From: Octopus vulgaris
Taxonomy: Eukaryota
Assembly: GCA_951406725.2 (NCBI GenBank)
Contig: OX597820.1
Coordinates: 37,758,001 to 37,822,000, forward strand
DNA length: 64,000 nt
Reading direction: 5' to 3'
The position numbers and the translations under genes are program-made. This document shows, piece after piece, positions 1-12,566 of the stretch. Numbering within the stretch: the stretch's first letter is position 1; every line of letters begins with the position of its first letter. Under the pieces are notes generated by a model that did not search any database, had not been told where the DNA came from, and saw only the letters and a list, made by a program, of their open reading frames with translations.

Positions 1-99
1 AACATTTCTGTGTTTTTTTGAATCTAAGTCAGAAATCATTATTACGAGGTGGTGAGTTGAGAGAATATTTGAGCATTGGAAAAAAAATGTTTGTTCTAA

Positions 100-905
100 G
101 TCTTTAGTCGCTGAGTTCAATTCTCACTGAAGCCAACTTTACCTTTCATCACTTCGCAGTCGATAAAATAACGTACCAGTGAAGTACTGAGATCGACTGT
201 ATTAATTAGCCCCTTCTCCCCAGCTATGCTAGCCTTGTGGTTAACATAGAAAACGTTAATAAGTCGACAGGTATTAAGAATCGTTAGCACGTTGTACAAG
301 GCTTAGCTGTATTTCACCCGTTCTGACTTCAAGTTCTACCGAGGTCGACTTTGCCCTTTATCTTTTTTAAAGGCAGAAAGCTGGCAGAATCGTTAGCATG
401 ACGTACACAATGCTTTTGTCCGTCTTTATGTTCAGAGCTCAAATTGTGACGAGGTTGATTTTGCCTTTTATCCTTTTAAAGGTGGCAAGCTGGCAGAATC
501 ATTAGCACACCATGCAAGATTCTTAGCAGCATTTCGTCCGTCTTTATGTTTGAGTTCAAATTCTGCTGAGGTCAACTTTACCTTTCATCCTTTCGAGATA
601 AATAAGTACTAGTTCAGCACTGGAGTCAATGTAATCGATTTACTTCTTCCTCTGAACTGCTGGCTTTGCGCCAAAATTTGGAACCAATAAATAGATGGGT
701 AACAAATTGGTAGAGTCGCTAGAGCATCAGACAGAATGCTTGGCAATATTTGTTTCAGCTCTTTACATTCTGAGTTCAAGTCCACAGAGGCCAGCTTTAC
801 CTTTCATCCTTTTACAGTCGATAGAATATAGTATGAGTGAAGCATCAGAGCAGATTGTATAAATTAAAACCCTCCCACAAATTTCAGATTTAGTGTCTAT
901 GCTTC
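100..905 (+). mobile_element. Cluster of about five decayed tRNA-derived SINEs (family A, Meta-domain-like)
   Basis: Repeated head GGCG(A/G)GCTGGCAGAATCGTTAGCA (A box), GAGTTCAAATTC (B box) and GTCGACTTTGCCTTTCATCCTTTCG..GATAAA.TAAGTACCAG, which resembles the Meta/Sauria-SINE central domain. Confidence 0.85.
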
Positions 906-1049
906 AAATGATTGCTTTACACTAGTGTAAGAAGATCTAAACTTTGTAAAGGAAAGGTAAAGCTAAATGCCACAGGTTTCAGCCTATGATTCTAGGATTG
1001 GTATTTTATCAATCATCCTTTGTGAGATGATAAGCGAAGTCAGGTGTAG

Positions 1050-4000
1050 CTCAGAATCGGGCGGCGGGGTTGCACTGCTGGCAGTCTTTTTCGACCTGGA
1101 TGGTAAGTTGGTAGTCCTATACGTGAGTGGCTGAGAAAGTGGCGCCTTCAGATTGGTGACCATTTTGTCCCGACAGTGCTGGAAGGCCAGATTTCTTCAG
1201 ATGTTTAGAGAATTCTTGGGAATGTCTCGCTCTATAGTACTAGTAGGGGACAGGATGCACACTGTAGTAGGGGCTAATACATTGTAGTAAGAGGTGCAAA
1301 AGCTTTGAAAACCTGCTCTGGAACTTCCAGCGTGGGCATGGAGCAACATCAGCGGATCATCCAGATCGTATCCAGAGTATTTGTTAGGTCAGTGGATAGG
1401 GTTGTGTAGGTTGTCGATAGTTCAAATTAGCCGGCTACACGGACGGCATATTTGCGATCTGCTTTGTCGATTTAGATAGGACTCGTAGACAGGGACCAGG
1501 TTACCAGAAGTTCTTACTGGTATGCAAAAACTACACGGATCGGATTAGTGAACTAGCTAAGCGGCAGTGGACGAGGGCAATCGTCAAAAACAGGTGATGG
1601 GTCACCCTGAAGAGGGTGATTAGAATAGAATCAATAGCGTTTAGCAAAGAACTGGCAAAACAAAGAAATATATTAGGAGAACTAGTTAGTAACTTAGAAG
1701 AGACGATTGGTAAAAGCATCGTGATCGACGTACCAGTGGCGAGAATGGCCCCTGACCATTTCCTTGAGGCAAAACACGAAATCTGCGTTGTCAAAGCTAA
1801 GGTCCGTGCGCTCAAACGCGAAGGAACTAAAGTCATCCGATGGAGACAAGATGAGGCAATAAAACTACGATTAGGTCTTTGAGAGGCCGAGGCGGGCGGG
1901 TACTTCTCGGTTCCGAACAGGTGTGTGCGACTTTCCAGCGGCACTTCGCACGATTGTTTGGGGAGGGTGATGAGTCGGTGACAGCAGGGGAGTTTAGTCC
2001 GTACCTAGACAGCTTGCCATGTCTCGGCAGTGGGCGCGAGTTTCTACGAAAAGTCAATAACAGTCGCTTAAATATAGGAGGCAATGAGCGGTTGCACATG
2101 TTGCAAATCGCCCGGTTTTGATGGTCTGCACCATGAATTCTCGAGTTCATGCCAGCCTTGTACGGTGGCCTCTAGGTAGACACTTACCGTAACTGAAAGC
2201 AGAACAGGAGAATTCTTAGTGTTGTTAGCCAGGGTGTGGTAACATCGCTGAAGAAAGTCGCTTACGAAGGGGATGTGCTAGGTAATTTTCGGCTGATAAC
2301 TCTGCTAAACATGGTGTTTAAGATTTTGGCTTTGGTGTCCGTGAAAATGTTGGTGCTTGTTTTCGGAGACTGGTTGGGAGAGCGCAAACATGCGTTATCC
2401 AGAACAGGACTATCCACGACAACCTACATTTTATGCGATTCATCACTGAGAGGGCTAGGACAAAAGTTGACTTCGGTGGGGGTCCTGATCAATTTGGGTC
2501 AGCCTGAAGCATTCGATAGGGTCGACCATCGTTACTTGGAAGCCATCCTGGAACTGGCCGGCTTCGGACCCGTTCTCAGAGGTTGGGTTGCTGTAATACA
2601 CAGCGGCACCTGCTTAGTAGTCAAATAAAGGGAACCGTTTCGTATCACACGCTTGGTCCGTCAGGGAAGTTCGCGCTCGCCTCTCCTGAACGTGTTGGCT
2701 CTCGAGCCAATGCTGCGGAAGCTGGAATAGTTGAGGAACATCCCACTCGAACCGGGACGCGAGAGGACAGTGTCAATGTACGTGGACGACGTCACCATCA
2801 TGAACTCGACCGACGTCACCATCATGGACTTGAACAACTCTGAAGAGAAGGCAGTTTGTATCATTATAAAGGAATACGAGTTAGTGGCAGGGGTAAAAAC
2901 CAACGCAGACAAGTTGGTAGGCTGGCAGCTGGGATCCTGAGAGACAGGTCTATGCCGTCCGGCGCCGTTGTTGGATGCTGGACTAACGGACCCGTTAAAC
3001 TGCTTGGGATCTCGTTCAATCTCGACCTCCAGGTGGCTAAGAACTGGGACTAAATGACAAAAAGGTGGCTAGTATTACCCATAAATCGATAGAAAGGAAG
3101 CTGTACTTGAAAGGGCGGTCAGAAGTGGCGAATGCTTACATCATCATTTATCGCTTGACCGTCGTGCCTTGCCACAGCAACGTCTTGATCAATTTGGAGC
3201 ATATGTTATTTAGCTTCCCGTGGAAGGGACGAATTCCAATGGTCATGCAGTCAATGTGTTGTTAGCGCCCTCTGCATGGCAGCTACAACATGCTATTGCT
3301 GCTAATGCGCAGAGCGCTCTTAGGCTGCGCCACCTGCAACGATTCCTAGAAATTTAATCGTGTGTGGCACCGTTCGTGTGATACGTTTTTCCGTAGGTCG
3401 TCTCCTTGACGGAACTGCAGATCTTAGTGAATGAAAAATCAAGACTGGGTGACTGGCTCCTAGAGTGTCGTCAGGCGCTCACAGTCCTCTATAAATCGGG
3501 CAATGGGATTGGTGGATGTTTCACTTTAGTAATGTATAGAGGATTAGTGTCAGGAAAGTGTAATGACGTTTTCGGGGAGACTTTGGGACTGGGGATCGAC
3601 AAAAACGAACTGGCTCGTCAGTTACGAAGGGATTTCCGATCGGGGTGTACTACTGATAATTTCCAGATGTCCTTGGCCTGGCAGTGCTACCGAAGAGCGC
3701 TACCGGTTCGAGATAAACTCTACCAGCACAGATGTACAGTCAGAAGGAGTTGTTCGAGATGCATGCAGAGTGACGAAACCTTTTTGAGTATCTGAGCATT
3801 GCTGACTTGTGAAGTTCTGTCGAACAGCTGCTGTCGCGTGTGGGACGGATCTCTAGCTGGTGGCTATTGCAAAAGAAGTTGTCTGGTGAAGAAGGCTGAA
3901 CGGCATAAAGACGGATACATTTCTCTTTGGTAGAGACCTCATCATCTTTTTCAAGTTTCATTTGAAAAGAAAAGTGAGGGCGTGGGGGGATGTGCTGTCC

Positions 4001-4330
4001 TCAAGCGAATTTATTGAAAGGTAAGTGAAAGTGGCAACAATGGCAAGAGTGGATGGCATCGCTTAAAGTATAGGTCTGTGAGTCAGAAAACTGGAACTGG
4101 AGCGGGCACTTGCCCTTGATATTCAGGAATATCTTCGATGGCGAGGTTGCTCGATTGTCCCTAAAGGCCCTCTTGTATCAGGTGGCCCACATTACTATCA
4201 CCTTTTTTTCTTTTACTGATGTATACTATGTATAATCCATTTCTTTGTTTTATTGTGTACGTGTATACTTTTTTTTACTTTTCATTTTCTCTCTAATTAT
4301 TTCATTGTATGTAAATTCCCACACTTTATG
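1050..4330 (+). mobile_element. Decayed L1/Tx1-clade LINE (endonuclease-RT-zf-RVT pseudogene)
   Basis: Frameshifted motifs: VVLVGD (APE), NFRLITLLNMVFKILA, AFDRVDHRYL, QGSSRSPLLNVLALEP, MYVDDVT, RKLYLKGRSEVANAYI, WQCYRRALPVRDKL..CSRC..SDET; T-rich 3' tail. Confidence 0.9.
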
Positions 4331-4365
4331 CCTATCTTTCTATTGTTACGTCATCTGTCGCCCAT

Positions 4366-4530
4366 CTTCTTTTTCTTCTTCTTCTTCTTCTTCTTCTTCT
4401 TCTTCTTCTTCTTCTTCTTCTTCTTCTTCTTCTTCTTCTTCTTCTTCTTCTTCTTCTTCTTCTTCTTCTTCTTCTTCTTCTTCTTCTTCTTCTTCTTCTT
4501 CTTCTTCTTCTTCTTCTTCTTCTTCTTCTT
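4366..4530. repeat. (TTC)n microsatellite
   Basis: Direct reading. Confidence 0.99.
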
Positions 4531-4534
4531 GAGG

Positions 4535-5813
4535 GAGCGAGCAGAAGCGTTTTCACGCCGGGCAAATTGCTTATCAGCATTTCGTTCGTCTTTACGTTCT
4601 GAGTTCAAATTCTGCCAAGGTCGACTTTAATTTTCATCCTTTAGGAGTCGATAAAATATGTACTTGTTGAATATTGGAGTTGATATAATCGACTTACCCA
4701 CTCCCATGAAATTGCTGGCCTTGTGCCAAAATTTGAAATCATTATTATTATGAAGGCAGCGAACTGGCAGAATCGTTAGCACGCTGGACAAAATGCTTCC
4801 CAGCATTTCTTCCGGCTTGAAATTTGGAGTTCAAATTCCGCCGAGTTTACCTTTCGTCTTTTCGGGGTCGATGAAATAAATACCAGTTAAGTACTGAGGT
4901 CGATGTAATCGACTATCCTTCACCCACGAAAATTTCAGGCAATAGCAGAAAAGATTATTATCATTATTAATAAGGCGGCGGCAAGGCGGTGAGCTGGCAG
5001 TGTCGTTAGCACGCCGGGCGAAATGCTTAGCACTATTTCGTCTGCCGCTACGTTCTGAGTTCAAATTCCGCCGAGGTCGACTTTGCCTTTCATCCTTTCG
5101 GGGTCGATAAATTAAGTACCAGTTACGCACTAGGGTCGATTTAATCGACTTAATCCCTTTGTCTGTCCTTGTTTGTCCACTCTATGTTTAGCCCTTTGTG
5201 GGTAGTAAAGAAATAGGTATTTCGTCTGCCGTTACGTTCTGAATTCAAATTCTGCCAAGGTCGACTTTGTCTTTCATCCTTTCTGGGTCGATAAATTAAG
5301 TACCACTTGCGTACTGGGGTCGATCCAATCGACTGGGCTCCTCTCTCCAAATTTCAGGCTTTATGCCTATAGTAGAAAGGATTATTAATAAGGTGGCGAA
5401 CTGGCAGAATCGTATGCACGCCGGGCGAAGTGCTTGGCGGTACTTCGCCCGTTGCTACGATCATCTGAGTTCAAATTCCGCCGAGGTCAGCTTTGCCTTT
5501 CATCCTTTCGGGGTCGATTAATTGAAGTACCAGTGAAACACTGGGGTCGATGTAATCAATTAGTCCCCTCCCCCAAAATTTCAGGCCTTGTGCCTATTGT
5601 AGAAAGGATCATCAATATTCTTAAGGTGGCAACCTGATAGAATCATTAGTACGCCAAACAAAATGTTTAGCGGCATTTCTTCTGGCTCGATTCACTTTGA
5701 GTTCCAATACTGCCAAGTTCCACTTTGCCATTCATCTTTTCGAGTTGGATAAATTTAGTACCCGTCAATAATCGACTGCTCATGTTCCCAAACTTTCAGG
5801 CTCTGTGCCTGTA

Positions 5814-5856
<43 letters not shown>

Positions 5857-6068
5857 TTAAGGTGGCAGAATCGTTATCGCGCTGGATGAAGTGCTTAGCA
5901 GTATTTTGCCTGTCGCTACGTTCTGAGTTTAAATTACGCCGAGGTCGACTTTGTCTTTCATCATTTCAGAGTCGATAAAGTAAGTACCAGTTGAACACTG
6001 GGGTCGATGTAATCGACACATCTCCTCCTCCAAAATTGCTGCCGTTGTGGCAAAATTTTTGAAACCAT
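4535..6068 (+). mobile_element. Tandem cluster of family A SINEs, including an internally duplicated copy, separated by (ATT)n tails
   Basis: Same A box, B box and central domain as 100-905; well-preserved copies at about 4972-5385 and 5390-5610. Confidence 0.92.
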
Positions 6069-6135
6069 TATTATTGTTATTGTTATATCATCATTATTAT
6101 TATATTATCATTATAGGCCTTGTGCCTATAATAGA

Positions 6136-6139
<4 letters not shown>

Positions 6140-6202
<63 letters not shown>
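6140..6202. repeat. (ATT)n microsatellite
   Basis: Direct reading. Confidence 0.97.
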
Positions 6203-9084
6203 TCGCCCGACCACCTCTCTCAATGTTTGATGATAAATATTATAGAAACTCCAATAGAAGAGATAAATTAGAACGAAATTGCTTTTTCTTTGAAAGTTTC
6301 AGGTAGAAATACAAAGAATTCTTTAAAAATATGATATAAAAAGTAACAAAAAAAAGCAGAAACCCAAAACAAAAGAAAGACAAAACAAAAGTTTTCAATG
6401 ATGTGGTATGTCATTGATTATGATATTGTAATTAAAATAACATTGAATTTAAAAACAAAGCTACATCGAAACATTCGTATAATTATTTTTACTGGTTCTA
6501 GTCCTTAGATTGGTGCCATGAAGGGGGCACCGCCTTCAGCGGGTATTAGTTGATTGTATGATGATAAATATTATCGGACCACTTGAGAAAATTATTTAAA
6601 AATAACAATTGAAGAGAAAAATATAATAAAATTAAAATATTTTGAAATGTTATTCATAATTAAAATGTAACAAAAATCCCCAACAACAACAAAAAATTAA
6701 GAAAACAATGAAATATAAAAATAAAACCTGTTAAAAAAAACGGAGAAATGAAAACATTTTTTTAATTAAGAAATTGACTCAAAGAGACTTTGTTGCCGAA
6801 AACAGAATTTTAAAACAAGCGGGGAAGAAATAAAATAAATAAGGTTAGCAGAGAAATGTGGATCTTCAGACAAATCCTTAAAAGGAAAGTAATTTGTTTT
6901 CTGCGAGCCATTAGCTAAAAATACGAAACATAAAAATTATTAATAAGAAGATATTGTTTTTTTTTTATTTCCCCCCTTTACGAAAGATAATTACCATTTT
7001 GTTACAAAAGGAGGCAAAAACAAACTCCCTCTCAGTTGTTTGTTAATTGAATGGGATTGTTGAAAGATATTTTTTTTGTTTTGTTTTGTTGCTATTTTAA
7101 CCTGTTTCAGAATTAAGGTGCCTCTTCGCTACTCTTAGCAAAACAGAAAAAAAACAAAAAAAACAAAATAAAACAAAAACAAAAACGTACAGAAAACCCA
7201 CATAGACGACACATCAGATGGAAACTGCTTGATAACAATTGCATTTTGCTGTCAAAATACCAACAAACATTATTTTTCAAGAGATATTTCTTCTAATATC
7301 CAGTGCGCAGTTGCACCATTATCTTTTGATGGCAGTTCGCGTTGGTAGGAGAAGGTAATGATGCCATGTAGAATTGCTTCCTTGTAATAAAAGAGTAATT
7401 GCTTTCTGGATAGGAAGCAGGCAATGTGATTGAGTGTTTCTTGCTGGTCCCTTCCACCTATTCTGCAATTATGTTTGTTTTTAATATTTTCTGATGGCAA
7501 AGCTTTGTTCATGTCATGTTCACCCTTTTTCTAAAATCCTTAATTTTCAGCTTTGAGTTCTGGGTTTCTCAGTCATCGCCGAGTTTACCCTTCTTTTTCT
7601 TTGTAGCTTTCTTTATCCTCTATCACTTTGCAATTGTCGGTTAATAGCGCTTTGAGTTGGGGTGGGAGTGGGGGATGGGATTAGAATGCCTTTCTTGTCA
7701 GATAATCACACGCCATACAAGTGATTTTTAGAAAATGATTTTATAGAGCGCTTTGTATTTCTATTTACATTGTTCAGAGGGAAACAAAACAAAACGAAAA
7801 AATAAATAATAATAAATAAATATAACCAAACAAAAACAAACAACGCGATTCTAATTTCTTCTCTTTCACATTCAGTGGTTTGTTAACTTATTATTAAATC
7901 CTCAGCCTTAGCCATCACGTTCTATTTTTGAATCGTAAACAATTTTACCGCTTTCTGAGATATTATATGCTCCCGAATTGTTTTCATAAATAATTTTTTT
8001 TTTCAGGTAAAATAAAGGAAGAAAGTAAAGAATACCAAATATAAACAAAAGAAATCCAAAAATAGCTTTATTTCTTCCTTAGTGTTTAAAGGAACAAATA
8101 CAGGCTTGCCTTCTTTCTGAACATAATTCCACCTCCACCTAATACCATGTATAATAATATTAATAAACAAAAAAATAATATTAATAAACAAAAAAAAAAG
8201 TTAATATGATGGCGGTGGTGATGGTTGTGGATTCGTTTTACGAAGGACTATAAAAGGTAATGTTAGAATAGAATCGTTTGTTAGCGTGACGGACGAAATT
8301 CCTTAACCAGTATTAGGTTACATCATATTTTAGAGTTCTGGGTTCAGATCTTGCCAGGTATGCGTCTTAATTTTTTAATTCTTTGGTATTTGACTGTTAA
8401 TTAATTTTGTTGCGAGCAGGAGAGATAAGATAATTATCAGTAAGTTACTGGTGTTGATTAAATTAATTACTTATCCCGCCACTAAATATTTTGTGGCCTA
8501 GTGTCAATTTAGGGTATCTTTATTTTAGACATTGATTAATGAACTCTGTGTGTGTGTGTATACACACACACACATGTAAGAATCTCTGGATCTTCACCGG
8601 TTTCAACGATGAATGTTCCAACTGTTCGATCAGCAGAACGGTTAAGTTATTGGATATAGTGTGAAAATGGCTTAGTATTCCACAAACATGGAGTATGTTC
8701 AATGTAATCAGTATCAAAGAATGTATAACAAGACTGACTTTTTGAATTACAAGTATATTTCATCTTATGGGATTCCCAACAGTTTCCATCAACCCAGTTT
8801 CACTGACAAGGCTTGTGCCGACTCGAGGAGGTTATAATAAAAGACAGTTACTCAAGATATCACGCAGTAACATTGAACCCCGAACGTTATGATTGCAAAA
8901 CAAACTTCTTAACCATTTAGCAACACCTGCATCTATTTGTCAGGTCACGGACTATCTACAGTATTCAATGCATTTTCTCTCACTCGCTGACAATTCTGCC
9001 AGTTCGTCACGTTGAATATAGTTATAATAATAGCAATATAATATTTACAAATAATAGTAAAACCCCTCTCATGAAAAAAAAAAA

Positions 9085-9158
9085 GCCGAGGGTTACCTGC
9101 GGGACTTGAATCTGCATTTTCTGTACTCATGACAGAGGCGCTAACCTTCACCCTCGCC
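9085..9158 (-). pseudogene. tRNA-like sequence followed by a T-run
   Basis: Minus strand: GGTTAGCGC, anticodon-like stem TCTGT/ACAGA with 7-nt loop, TTCAAGT T-loop, terminal pairing CGAGGGT/ACCCTCG, then T11. Confidence 0.45.
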
Positions 9159-9390
9159 TTTTTCGTTCATCTGATGAGAAACTCTAATTTTACAAACGAG
9201 AAAGTAAATCTGTTTACATCATGAAAATGATATAAACAGATTTATCATGAAAATGAAAACTTTTGGAGATGTGAAATAAATTATTTGAAGAGCGAGTTGA
9301 AGTGGACACGTCTATAAGCAGAATTATTTTCTCGCTTGTCAGAATAAAACATCTAATCGAAAGGACGAAAAAGCAAATGTTTACGTTTAC

Positions 9391-9454
9391 GTAGTGGTTA
9401 GCACGTCTGTCATGGATACAGGTGATGCAGTTCGAGTTAAAGCCAACGAGGGGT
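9391..9454 (+). pseudogene. tRNA-like sequence related to 9085-9158
   Basis: TAGTGGTTAGCACG TCTGT-CATGGAT-ACAGG TGAT GCAG TTCGAGT. Confidence 0.45.
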
Positions 9455-9660
9455 GATGAATTCGAAGAAAGGAGAGAGAAGTCAAAATAAGTGGACAAAA
9501 TGTTGTTGGGTGTTCGTGGGGTTCGAATGGCAGTTAATGGAAAAGATATATATTCTGAGATATAGTTTCAATAATAATTTGATTCGGATCTATATGACTT
9601 AAGGTTTCGTGGAACGCGTCTATCTTTATTCTTCTATCTTCTAATATCTGACGAGTTGAC

Positions 9661-9875
9661 GGCGGCGAGCTGGTAGAATCGTTAGCATGCCGGTTAAAAT
9701 GCTTAGCACCATTGTGTCCGTCGTTATGTGTTCTGAGTTCAAATTCTGCAGAAGTTGATTTTACCTTTCATCCTTTTGGGGTAGATTAAAATAAGTACCA
9801 AACGAGCACTGGGGTCGATGTAATCGACTTAACCCCTCCTCGAAGATGCTGGGCTTGTGCCGAAATTTGAAACCA
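9661..9875 (+). mobile_element. Family A SINE with target-site duplication
   Basis: Full head and body; flanks AATATCTGACGAGTTGAC / AATATCTGATGAGATGGAC. Confidence 0.9.
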
Positions 9876-10899
9876 ATATCTGATGAGATGGACGCATCCA
9901 AGGCACCCACGAAACTAAGGAAAATGAAACTGAGTCAAACTGTTATTAAAAATATATATTATCGACAGGGGCTAGTACCGAGAGGTAATATTTATTCCCA
10001 CTTAAATGTGGATGTTCTATTAGAACAAACTACACTGCGGTAGTTACCATGAGAGAAACTCTCATATTGGCTTTTTGGTGCAAAAAACACTTGCTTATAT
10101 CGCTAGCGGGGGTTTATCCCCAAACCCGGCTGCCTCTAGTGCAAAGACCACCAAATCACATGATTGTGACTGTGTTTGGTTTTATCAATGATGTAAATAC
10201 GACCGCAAGAGGTAGCAGTGATTCAGCTCCCCGCCAGCGATGTTATAGATTGACAGTGCCAGAACAGGCCTGGTGGCGCTATTAGCCAGTTAGTTTGTTA
10301 AAAATACATAGCGACAGAGGCAGTATTAATACCACCAAATATAAGTAACTCCTACCGAATTCGTAGGGTGCCATTTTCTTTCGGTTGTCCACTCACTCCT
10401 ATTCTAAGAATAGGAGTGAGTGGAAATTCCAAATACATTCTTGGTGTATATAAATTTATTTCTATCTTCTTCTTTTGAATACCAAAGCATAATCTCTAAG
10501 AATGTCATAGAAAAAAATTCGAAATTATTGCATACTTGCTATAATATGATAATTCCTTTCAACAAGTATAAAAATATTTTTCAGAATCAGTCAGCAATTA
10601 TTCATAAATTACAATAAAATATTTCATATATGAATCCTCCGGTTTATAAAATATCTGGAATTTATTAGTGCTGAATATTTTTTCTATTATGGCTTCATCT
10701 CATCCAGACGATATAACATTAACATGTGTTTATCTAGTAAAGAAAGAATTTGTTAGGCTCATTTTCTCATTTCTCGGTTTCGTATACGATAAAACGTATC
10801 GTTGTGACAGAGGTCATGTGACACCATTTTACATAGTGACGAATAGAACACAGCGATAAACATGATAGAACGATAAACATGGTAAAGGCAGAATCTTCT

Positions 10900-11575
10900 A
10901 TTTTTTTACTTGTTTCAGCTGTTGGATTGTGGCCATGTTGGGGCACCTCTTTCAAGGCGTTTAGTCGAACAAACCGACCCTAAGTCCGGTACTTATTCTA
11001 TTGGTCTCATATGCTGAACCGCTAAGTTATGGGGAGTTAAACAAACCAAGACTAGTTGTCAAGTGGTATGTGCATGTGTGTGTGCGCGTGTGTGTGTGCG
11101 TGCGTGTGTGCGTGTGTGTGTGTGTGTGTGACAAACACAAACGCAAAGACACACACATATACATATTTACACACACACACACATACATGTATATCCACCC
11201 ACCTCCCACTATTCATGAGAGTATCATGAGGCAAAGCCTTCAGCTATCTCCTCCATGTGGCCCTATCAGAAGCCACTGTCGTTACACTTTCCATGGAAAA
11301 CATTTTTAAAACGATTTTAAAACGATTTTAAGTCTGGTGCTTATTCTATGGGTCTTTTTTATAGAACCTCTAAATTATGGGAACTTAGACAAAATAACAT
11401 TGATTTCAAGCGGCAGAAGAGCAAAAACAAATGACACACCCACACGGGGCTTCTACACTATACTATCTGCAAAGTTTACTCATGAGCTATACTAAAATGC
11501 CTAAAGTGCCGTAGGTCTGAACCAGAAATCACATTCTTGCGAAATTAACTTCTCAACCACACAGCCATGACTACA
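10900..11575 (-). mobile_element. Decayed family B SINE pieces with (TG)n/(CA)n tracts
   Basis: CTTGTTTCAG..GGCCATG..GCACC, CTTATTCTATTGGTCTC..GAACCGCTAAGTTA, and a degenerate head at about 11450-11575. Confidence 0.75.
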
Positions 11576-11965
11576 CCTATAATCAGTTATCATAAGGAAC
11601 ATGAAAAATACAAAACAAGATTTTCTCTCTATATGAGGTAACAATAGAGTTTAAAAATAAATGCATAAAATAGATGGATAAAAACAAAAATGGTTGTGTG
11701 GTAAGAAGCTTGCTTCTCAATCACATGGTTCCAGGTTCAGTCCAAATGCGTGGCACCTTGGGCAAGTGTCTTCTACTATAACCTTGTGAGTGGATTTGGT
11801 AGACGGAAACTGAAAGAGGCCCGTTATATATATATATATATATCAACAATAAAGGAACGGCCATAATAGGCCATTCACCCACTAGAAATAACAGCCAAAG
11901 CTTCAACCGCAAATAAAAGTTAATTCAGTAAACCAGGAGAAAATTTAAAAAACATTTACCCTGTA

Positions 11966-12072
11966 ATTTCTTATACGATATACCGTTTCATCTGCTGATT
12001 AATGGTAAACTAACCTGATTAAATTAAATCAAGCCAATCTTCCACAGGCCCTCAGATTCTTCAGTAAGAAAT
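11966..12072 (-). ncRNA. Type I hammerhead ribozyme, copy 1
   Basis: Minus strand: AUUUCUUA CUGAAGA AUCUG-[insert]-CAGAU GAAA CGG UAUA UCG UA / UAAGAAAU; 8-bp stem I, 5-bp stem II, 4-bp stem III, GUA triplet. Confidence 0.92.
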
Positions 12073-12459
12073 AGCCCAAGACGGAACAGATATTTTCACG
12101 AGGCATTTCCGACGTTGCCAAGTTTATATCTGACCTAAAATTTTCAAATCGTCGCACTCGCGCCAAATTTATCGGCAGCAAATAAATATAAGCCGTCGAT
12201 TCCATTACGGAATTAACCAGAAAATTCATAATTAATCAATATAGGGTGGCAAAAAAAATTTTGTAGAATTCTTTTTGCCACCAGCGGCCTAGTAGGAAAA
12301 AATTAAAATAGTCATAGACCATTTTTAAGTTCAACATCAACAATAAAGGAACGGCCATAATAGGCCATTCACCCACTAGAAATAACAGCCAAAGCTTCAA
12401 CCGCAAATAAAAGTTAATTCAGTAAACCAGGAGAAAATTTAAAAAACATTTACCCTGTA

Positions 12460-12566
12460 ATTTCTTATACGATATACCGTTTCATCTGCTGATTAATGGT
12501 AAACTAACCTGATTAAATTAAATCAAGCCAATCTTCCACAGGCCCTCAGATTCTTCAGTAAGAAAT
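12460..12566 (-). ncRNA. Type I hammerhead ribozyme, copy 2
   Basis: Identical to 11966-12072, shifted by 494 bp. Confidence 0.92.

Noticed and set aside
7270-7512. 80-aa ORF in unique sequence
   Set aside because: No domain or convincing splice sites; may be non-coding regulatory DNA
9880-9918. CTGATGAG...CGAAAC hammerhead-like spacing
   Set aside because: No stem II closing onto GAAA and no stems I/III; the CTGATGAG is part of the SINE target-site duplication
12029-12229. 66-aa ORF within the retrozyme-like monomer
   Set aside because: No recognisable motif; overlaps the ribozyme; length expected by chance
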